DNA of 63,551 nt, the filler included, from Bigelowiella natans CCMP2755 (Eukaryota > Protista > Cercozoa), in assembly GCA_000320545.1 (NCBI GenBank). It is 5 parts of 5 records of this genome, joined end to end, with 100 filler letters (N's around TTAATTAATTAA, not from the genome) between each part and the next. Parts side by side here need not be neighbours in the genome. Positions count along the whole stretch, not along the records: positions 55,694 to 62,083 come from ADNK01000061.1; positions 62,184 to 63,551 come from ADNK01003378.1; 3 more parts are not named here. One strand, given 5' to 3'. Under the pieces are notes generated by a model. It was not told the origin of the DNA and did no database searches. It worked only from the letters and a program-made list of their open reading frames with translations. The position numbers and the translations under genes were made by a program. Shown piece by piece: positions 55,694 to 63,551 of the stretch; the first letter of the stretch is position 1; each line of letters opens with the position of its first letter.

Positions 55694-58123
55694 TGGCACT
55701 TCGTCGTATTCCCTTACGGCCTAAGCATATCAGGGGATGCGTTCAGTAGTCAGAACTACAGGGCATACACACATGATGGGATGGCGTCTGTGTTGTGGGT
55801 GTTTGTGTTTGTGTATGTGGATGATGACATAATATGTACCAACACAGTCGTCGCTCAGATCTTCCTCCTGGAAAATATATTTATTAGGTTTGCACACTTC
55901 GGTTTTACTATTAGACTGCAGAAGTGTACATTCCTAGCTACAAGAATCAAGTGGTGTGGATATTACCTGGAGCAAGGCCGCATCACCCCAAACCCCGAGA
56001 AAGTAGCAGCACTACAGCAAGCCCCTAAACCTAAGAATGCAAAGGAGTTAAAGTCATTCTTGCAGACTGCAGCTTGGATACTACGTAGGTTCTCCCCTAC
56101 CTACGCTAGGACTGCAGCTGCTTTTACTACTGCTTACCGGAAGGAGAACTCTGTAGGCCTCAGCTTCGCTAAGGTGTGGGCCAAGGCTGGCCTTGATGCC
56201 CACTTCGATAACCTAATAAAGTTATGCAGCAACACCCTATTGAATGCTAAGCTAGACACTACTAGACCAGCTACCCTATGGACAGACTGGTCTAAGCTAG
56301 GTATGGCTGCTGTACTTACCCAAGACCAGCAGATCATACGGGTGTGGGGCAGGGCCTGCACAGCAGCTGAGGCCAAGTACAGCCCTACAAAAGGAGAGTA
56401 TAAAGCCATGACTGAGGCGCAGAGGAAACTAAGATACTACCTGCTGTCGGTGCCCAGCTTCACCTTAATGACTGACCACAAGCCCCTCCTAGGCATCAAC
56501 CGCAAGCTCGAAGCGCCTAACGATGAGTATGCAGCTATGAGGGCGGACACGGAAGAGTTTAGGAACAAGAGGACAGTGGTCTACGCACCAGGAGACAAGC
56601 AGCTTGCTGACTATTTCAGCAGGCTGTTCGAAAAGAAAGTCCCTACCCAGGTCACCCCTATGGTTAACGCGATTACCTTCGAGGACGGCGACTTCCTGCC
56701 TGAGCCAGAGGAGCTCCAGCACCTTCAAGAACACCTGGATAAATACAAACACAAGCATGAGGTACTTAGTGATAGGATATATGTATACACTAATAATGTT
56801 AGGCGTACCTACGTGCCACGGCGGACCAGGGGAGCCCTTCTCTTTACCGCCCATGGACCTGCACACGTAGGAGAAAACCATATCACTGCTCTACTCTACC
56901 ATTACTACTGGCCCTACAAGCTAAAAGAGATAAGGACATACCTGCGTGGCTGCAGGTGCTCCAGCTTGAAGGCGGCAGGTGTCGCCACCAAGGAGTCCAG
57001 CAAGAGCCGTGCATCTAAGAAAATCAAAGCAAGGAACTTCTTAGATATCGTGCAAATTGATGTTTATAAGTACGATGGCTATCACTACCTTACCTTCGTT
57101 GATGTGGCCACTGGAAAGTGCTGGGTTAAAAAGATTATCAAGGTCAACGTTGCTAAGAAGAACAAAGGCTTATATAAGCAGAGGCTTACTAACTGCTACC
57201 GTACCTGGGAGTCTGAGCTCCAGGCTATCCCTGATGAAGTTAGCATAAACAAGATACCAAAGAAATTACATGTGGATAATGAGACCTCTCTTCTACAGCT
57301 ACCACACCCTAATATTGATGCCTCACCTGTATACTATGCCCAGTCCAACTCCAAGGTAGAGCGACTCCACCGCACCTTGGCCAACCTAAGCAGGATAAAT
57401 AGCACCACACCAGACAAGATACAAGGGTTAGTAAACGACACCTTCACGTCTGGGGGAGGTATCAAGGATAAGGAGAGGGAAGAAGGCGACGACAACGACG
57501 ACGATACCGAGAGCGAAGACGAGAAGGTCCCGTACGATGGCCGAGTTCTAAAGGAAGGACAGTATGTTAGGGCCAAGGTAAATCTGAGATCGAGAAATAA
57601 ACAAGACCCCTTCTGGGGTGGCGTTGCAAAGGTTACCGAGAGGAAGGGGAGGAAGCAGTACTACATCTATGATGGGAACAGGGTCACCTTGCGCCACATC
57701 AGTCACCTAAAGAATTATGATATCGGTGAGAAGCTCCTAGAGGATGTTAAAGTAAACCCTACTGTGTGGGAGCGAGCCATGCCTTGTTTAGGACCCCGAC
57801 CTAAGTTCGATGTGGAATATGGAAATAATAAGGTCAGGGTGAACGACGATTGGCGCATGAAGATTGTCTATCTAGGCTACCCTGGATTACGAAATATGGA
57901 GAGGGTAGCTATGAAAATAAAGGACGGAAAATATCAGCTACTCTACCTAGCTGTTCCCGACTTACCCTTTGAGCACTGGTATAAGGTCCTGGGGGACCTT
58001 GATGCAGAGGGCTGGGATGGACACGAACCTAAGGACGAAGGTGAGTTCTGGGTAAGCGACAAAGGAGATAAGGTTAGAGAGGAATCTATTACCTGGTGGT
58101 TGGTGAAGTTCCGAAAGCGATAA
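55694..58123 (+). CDS. pol: Gypsy pol (RT, RNase H, integrase, C-terminal MTase-like extension), 5' part in gap
   Basis: FPYGL and YVDD (RT); TDWS, TDHKPL and ADYFSR (RNase H); H-H-C-C zinc site, QID, VDNE and SNSKVER (integrase). Confidence 0.93.
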   Translation, partial: WHFVVFPYGLSISGDAFSSQNYRAYTHDGMASVLWVFVFVYVDDDIICTNTVVAQIFLLENIFIRFAHFGFTIRLQKCTFLATRIKWCGYYLEQGRITPNPEKVAALQQAPKPKNAKELKSFLQTAAWILRRFSPTYARTAAAFTTAYRKENSVGLSFAKVWAKAGLDAHFDNLIKLCSNTLLNAKLDTTRPATLWTDWSKLGMAAVLTQDQQIIRVWGRACTAAEAKYSPTKGEYKAMTEAQRKLRYYLLSVPSFTLMTDHKPLLGINRKLEAPNDEYAAMRADTEEFRNKRTVVYAPGDKQLADYFSRLFEKKVPTQVTPMVNAITFEDGDFLPEPEELQHLQEHLDKYKHKHEVLSDRIYVYTNNVRRTYVPRRTRGALLFTAHGPAHVGENHITALLYHYYWPYKLKEIRTYLRGCRCSSLKAAGVATKESSKSRASKKIKARNFLDIVQIDVYKYDGYHYLTFVDVATGKCWVKKIIKVNVAKKNKGLYKQRLTNCYRTWESELQAIPDEVSINKIPKKLHVDNETSLLQLPHPNIDASPVYYAQSNSKVERLHRTLANLSRINSTTPDKIQGLVNDTFTSGGGIKDKEREEGDDNDDDTESEDEKVPYDGRVLKEGQYVRAKVNLRSRNKQDPFWGGVAKVTERKGRKQYYIYDGNRVTLRHISHLKNYDIGEKLLEDVKVNPTVWERAMPCLGPRPKFDVEYGNNKVRVNDDWRMKIVYLGYPGLRNMERVAMKIKDGKYQLLYLAVPDLPFEHWYKVLGDLDAEGWDGHEPKDEGEFWVSDKGDKVREESITWWLVKFRKR

Positions 58124-58166
58124 AGGTCTAAGGGAATAAGGAAGGAAGGAAGGAGCAACGTGACTT

Positions 58167-58174
58167 GGGGGAGG
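58167..58174 (+). promoter_or_regulatory. Polypurine tract
   Basis: GGGGGAGG abutting the 3' LTR, with a purine-rich stretch at 58130-58154. Confidence 0.7.
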
Positions 58175-58499
58175 TGTAGTGCGTACTACTACGCGAGCAC
58201 AAGTCACGTGCGACAACAAAGGGGTTGTCGCGGATATAGAATATAGATAACGTAGATATTAATACAGTATAGGCACGTGGGTTCCGGCGGGACTCATGGC
58301 AGCACACCGGAAGTGTGCTGCCCCACGTGCGGCGGCATTCGCGAAAGCTTCGCGAATGATTACGCAGTGCACGATTTAACAAAAATATAATCTTTAATAA
58401 AAATAAACAAAACTCTTCAAAAGGAAGCAAACGTGCCTTCCCCCCCCCTGCCTACTTGTGCACGTAGCGCCTCGGCCTGTGAACACCTTACGCGCAACA
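58175..58499 (+). repeat. 3' LTR
   Basis: Direct repeat of 54604-54928. Confidence 0.95.
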
Positions 58500-61400
58500 C
58501 GTGGCATCTTCCTCTGTGCATTGTCCACGTGACAGCATGAATTTGCCAAGATTGCCGACACCACAGATGGCGCGCATCCATGATGTAGCAACACTTGGAA
58601 GTTTCAGTTTGATGCCGGTGATCGAAGATGACGGGAGGAAACCAAGATTCTTGAGATGCACAGCGCGCAATGAATCATTGGACCATTCCTCTTCGAATTC
58701 GTTGAAAGCACAAGATTTCATCACCTTGTGATGTTTTTTCAGTTCTTTTTTCAGCGCCTCTGTTGTCGCCAAAACGGTGGGCAATTCGTCACCTAACAAG
58801 TCGTCAGTGATCGATTTGAGCCGTCGAAACAAGGATGCTTTGTTCCACGTGTGTGTGGCCACATCAATCCACGATGTGCCATCCAACATTTTTCGATTTT
58901 CAATGATGAAGCCATGACTGCTCCAATCATTTATTCCCTCATGGATTTGAGGACCGCTGCCTGTGTCGATCCATGCGTTAGTGCGTAACCATGATTTAGC
59001 ACACTGCACTTTAGTTTGATATCGGGGTGGCAACGTGCCAGTGAGGACGTGGGGGACGTCGTTGGAGATGGATCCAGGTAATCCCAATATACGTTTCAGG
59101 GTTTGGGATTCCATGGAATCCATCTGTTTTATTCGTATGTTTCTTCGTGATCTCCATATTGGAGCAGCGTATCTGCTGGATGCAAGGAACCATGATTTGT
59201 AAAATTTCAGTCTGACGTTTAGCGGTACAAGGTGTCTGGAATAACACAACCTTAACAAAAACCTTCGCTTCTTTTGCAATCTCAGGTGAGAAGCAAGAGC
59301 ATGTTTTTCAAAGGTTAATTTGTTGTCGAAGATTAGTCCGAGACATCTGCCGCTGTCGACTCTTTTTATTTTTCCTTGGAGATTGAGAGAGATGTTCCAG
59401 GAGGTTTGGTGTCGGTGGGCTTTATTTCTTTTGTCAATTATAAGGTACCCGCTCTTGTCCCCATTGAATCGCATCCGCCATTTCATGCACCAGTCCGTCA
59501 TTTGGTTTAGGTCGGCCTGGATATCATCTTGCATTTTCCCCCATCGGTTTGGCGAAAACAATTTGTAGGGGGTAACGTCGTCACAGTATATTTGGAAATC
59601 TGTGTTGGTAATATGTTCGTAAATGTCGTAATAGGTTATGAAAAGGAAACAGCTGAGAGATGATCCTTCGGGGACGCCGCTCCCAAGGTTCATGTGCTCA
59701 GAGAGAGTATTGCCAAATCTGAATCTGGCGGTACGATCTCTGAGCCAGTCGTCGATCCACAGCAATAGCGAGCCTCGTATTCCGTATTTGTCATGTAACT
59801 TGCGTATCATGCCGGAATGCCAGGCTTTTGGATAAGCTTTAGAGGCATCTGTAAACAACAGGATGGCTGCAAGCTTTTTGTTATATACTCCATCCTCGAT
59901 TGACTGCGTCATCTTTGTGAGTGCAGTTTCGCAGGATCGATTTTTCATGAATGCATACTGATGTATGCTAATGTTTTTGGGGGGTATAGCTTCGCGGAGC
60001 CGTTGTTCTATTAGTTTGTCTTCTATTTTTGAAGCTATTTGTAGGAGAGAAATCGTTCTCCCGTTGAGAGGGGTGTTAAGTTCTTTGTTGGCCTTAGGGA
60101 TGAGACAAAAAATGGCCGCCTTACGTGAGCCATCTCGGGTACCCCATCTATATGACGTGTTGAATGTAGCTAACCACAGTTGATGGAGTTTCTTGCTTTT
60201 TTTCAACATGTTTAGGTGAACACCATCATCGCCAGGAGACTTGTACGGTGATGCTTTGTTGATCACGTTTCTTAGTTCATGCATAGAAAAATCTCTGTTG
60301 TATGAATTAACACTGTGGATCTTTTTGTCTTCATTTTTCCTGAAGGTATTTCTCCAGGCCTCAGTTTCAGCGTGAAAGGTTCGATTTTTCTTGTCTGACG
60401 GGTGTGGTTTGTAGATATGTTTCCATTTGGCAACACACACTTCACATTTTTTTTCTTCAGAGGTTTCGCCATCGAGTCCTCCGAATTTATCCCGCCCTCT
60501 GGATTTTTGGAATAATTTGTACAGCATTCTGGTATGATTCCCATTGTTGTATTTTTCGAAGCGAGACAAGAATAATTGCCATGCTTCGTACTGAAGGGTT
60601 TCGGTGGTTCGTTCAAGTTCGGCGTTGATTTCTTGGATCTTGGTTTCTAATAATTTTCTCTTCCGAAATTTCCTTTCGTGTTTCAAGGATCTAAATAATT
60701 TTTCTTGTTGATCTTTGATGGATTTATATTTTTTGTCGTTTTGGTATGGCTTGATTGGACTCCAACGTTGTCGTTTTTTTGGTGTGCAGCTATTAAAAGC
60801 TTTTCCGGTAAAGTCCCAGAACCAGCGTTCAAGCTTTTTTGCATCAGCCTCCGATTGAACGTTTAGTATGCGCTGGTGCAAGCGTTCGGTAATATTATTC
60901 AATTTTTCGTCAAATCGTTTTACATCGAATTTGTCGATGTCATATATCATTGGTGAAGTCTGTTGATGGATTGCCACAGGTTTTCCAAAGTGGATACCGA
61001 AATGGTCACTTGTCGTGGTGTTGGCCATCTGATATTCTATTTGGTGTGCGAAGTTTGAGGAGCACAGCACATGATCAAGTGTGCTTGTGTTTCCTTTTCT
61101 GAAATATGTGGCTTCCCCAGGGTTGACCATCATGATGTTGTTATCCGACAACCACTGGTGTAGGTATCTGCCACGTCTATCTTCTTGGTTTCGGACATCG
61201 TAGGTGGAGTGTTTAGCATTAGTGTCCCCCACGATGATGTATTTTTTCCATTTCTGTTTCCGAATGATGTTCATTATGAAATCTAATCTCTCTTTCAGAT
61301 GTGAGATGTTTTGGTGTGGCTGGAGGTACACCATTATGACAGCATATTTTTCAATGCTGTGTATGAAAAAACTAATATCGTAATTGTTATCATCTATAGG

Positions 61401-62083
61401 TATATGAATTATATCTGTGTTCTTTTTTCTTAATCCAAAGCTCCCAGAGGAGCCGCTCGTCCGAATCACTTCGTATCCCGCTGGAGGATGCAGCCTCTCC
61501 GATTCTTTGAGGCGGCCTTCCCCAAACCAGGCGAGTTCGATGTTGTTGGTGGTTATCATTTCTTTTAACATATTATATCTTCTATTTATTCTTTGCCTGC
61601 CTTGTTCAGTTCCGTTTTTACTGCGTATGTTTTGGTAGTAGTAGGGGAGATTCAAATGATTAACCATATTTACGTGTCCTTCATATGCCCTGAATCGTAG
61701 GTAGCTGCCCTGATATGTGATTTGTGAATTCAGCAGTTTGGTGGCCTCTTCATGCTTCATGCGAGTGCACAAACAGCTGAAGTAGAGGGCCCTTGCCGAG
61801 AGGTTCTATTGCTGCGACTTTTACATCGATGTTGGTTTCGATTATCTGCTTGATGATTCCAATTCGTGTTGATTTTTCCTGCTCGTTAGGTCCCAGCCTT
61901 GGGCCTCTCAGAACTACAGAGTGTTTACTTGGCCTTGACTTAGCTGCTCTGACTGTGGTCACTAATCCAAGGAGTGAGGGAAGGAATGATCCTTGTCCTA
62001 ACTGATGTTCGGTGTTAAGCAGATCCAGGTAAGCTTAGATTCTCTGGAGCCTTGAGACACTTTTAGTGGGTTTTATTTCTAGA
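58500..62083 (-). mobile_element. Non-LTR retrotransposon (LINE, APE endonuclease + RT), 3' end cut at the LTR, decaying
   Basis: GDTNAKH, TY...STLDH and SDH (APE); KSPGDDG, RTISLL, QYAF, DASKA, GVPEGSSLS, YCDD and LGLIFD (RT). The ORF reads ...EEDAT straight into the LTR end. Confidence 0.93.
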
Positions 62084-62183
62084 NNNNNNNNNNNNNNNNN
62101 NNNNNNNNNNNNNNNNNNNNNNNNNNNTTAATTAATTAANNNNNNNNNNNNNNNNNNNNNNNNNNNNNNNNNNNNNNNNNNNN
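62084..62183. other. Assembly gap with linker
   Basis: N44-TTAATTAATTAA-N44. Confidence 0.97.
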
Positions 62184-62206
62184 TCTTAAGATGTATGTAT
62201 GTGCCT

Positions 62207-62420
<214 letters not shown>

Positions 62421-62657
62421 TGACAATAAACAACTCACGCACAAAACAAGCAAGACACGTCCCAGGGAGACACTTACATATGCGCCTAACGTAAATGTAA
62501 CGATGAGAGAACTCCAGAGATCCACCACACAGAAGCTAAAATATTACCCCCCCCCCCCCCCTCTGATTGCACTTGTATTATTAGGGTGTACGTGCTGTTC
62601 AATCTGCTGCTTCAGCACGAGTGAGTGCAGAACATATATGATATGGATATATTATAT

Positions 62658-62691
<34 letters not shown>

Positions 62692-62719
62692 ATTTCTGTC
62701 TCATCGTCTGCAATGATAA

Positions 62720-62996
62720 CACGACCTCATGGCAAATTGCCTCGATTTTTCCGCATGTTTCCTCGCGCTCTCCCCTAGGTATATATGGCCAAAGCACGGC
62801 TTTGATTCGGCCAAAAGCAAAGGTCCTGGAGATCGATCATCACCCGCGCATTCATAGCTGATGGCGGCGATAGAAAACACTCTTTTCCTTAATCTCGTCG
62901 AGAGGATTCACGATGGAGAGTTGACGCTGACTGCTTTCCCCCCCCTCACTCTCCTTCCCCCCTCCCGCATGAGCGGGAATGTGTGTGAGAGAGAGA

Positions 62997-63036
<40 letters not shown>

Positions 63037-63210
63037 TTTGATCGTGTTGTGTGTGTTGTATGTGCGTGGCCGCAATGTGTAGGAAATCCGATGGTGATCG
63101 GGTTTGACCCGTTGGTAAAGTATAGATTCACCTCTCTCACTAAAGCCAAGTAAGCATGCCACTTCTTTGTGTACAGAGCACGTATATATCACCACCACCA
63201 TCATCATCAC

Positions 63211-63241
<31 letters not shown>

Positions 63242-63536
63242 GTCATCATCATCGTCGTCGGCGTTTTGACGTCGAGATAATCATCACAAGAACCATCCAT
63301 CTTCACAAATGGATATAAAGAAGTTAGAAGTATTGTTCTTTCACATAACGCGCGCTCGCACACACACACACGCACACACGCACACACGCACACACGCATG
63401 TATCCACCTTGGAGCACGATTTGCTGTTTAACTCGCGCGCACAAACACCGCACCTCAGCCTCGCCCACCGCCAATCCCGCGGCATGTTCTCCATGTTCGG
63501 CTCTGCATCGAGATCCAACTCAGTACACGGGGTAAG
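62720..63536 (-). CDS. Partial hypothetical gene, possibly an extended-PHD-like zinc finger
   Basis: Exon [32 protein letters not shown] weakly resembles the EP..IP..RW.L.C..C segment of ePHD domains; the remaining ligands were not found. Confidence 0.25.
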
Positions 63537-63551
63537 CTAGCCACGTATAGA

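Larger units (their letters stand above)
54604..58499 (+). mobile_element. Ty3/Gypsy LTR retrotransposon (internal gap)
   Basis: Two 325-bp TG...CA LTRs, PBS-like TGG at 54934, purine tract before the 3' LTR, gag ORF and pol with RT-RNaseH-IN order. Confidence 0.95.

Overview
Intron-rich eukaryotic (protist-like) nuclear DNA with canonical GT-AG introns, many stuffed with microsatellites, and four 100-nt scaffold gaps (N44-TTAATTAATTAA-N44). Genes reconstructed by hand-splicing: a PPP-family Ser/Thr phosphatase, a histidine-phosphatase (PGAM-like) protein, a RING-HC protein, CAPZB, a MetF-like MTHFR, a secreted beta-lactamase-fold + NamZ (DUF1343) fusion, VPS15, BolA, MCM3 (with E2F-like sites upstream), MRG15/EAF3 and a few hypothetical genes. 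The right end holds a young Ty3/Gypsy LTR retrotransposon abutting the truncated 3' end of a LINE. The most striking signal is a probable TpA-specific A-to-G hypermutation process (TA>TG/CA, opposite in direction to fungal RIP). It leaves 380-480 nt patches nearly free of TA in repeat relics and in the LINE 3' end, spares CTAG, and accounts for most differences between several duplicated segments. The Gypsy element is TA-rich and carries a degenerate DNA adenine-methyltransferase-like domain after its integrase, a possible counter-defence or targeting module. All counts were made by eye; no searches were run.
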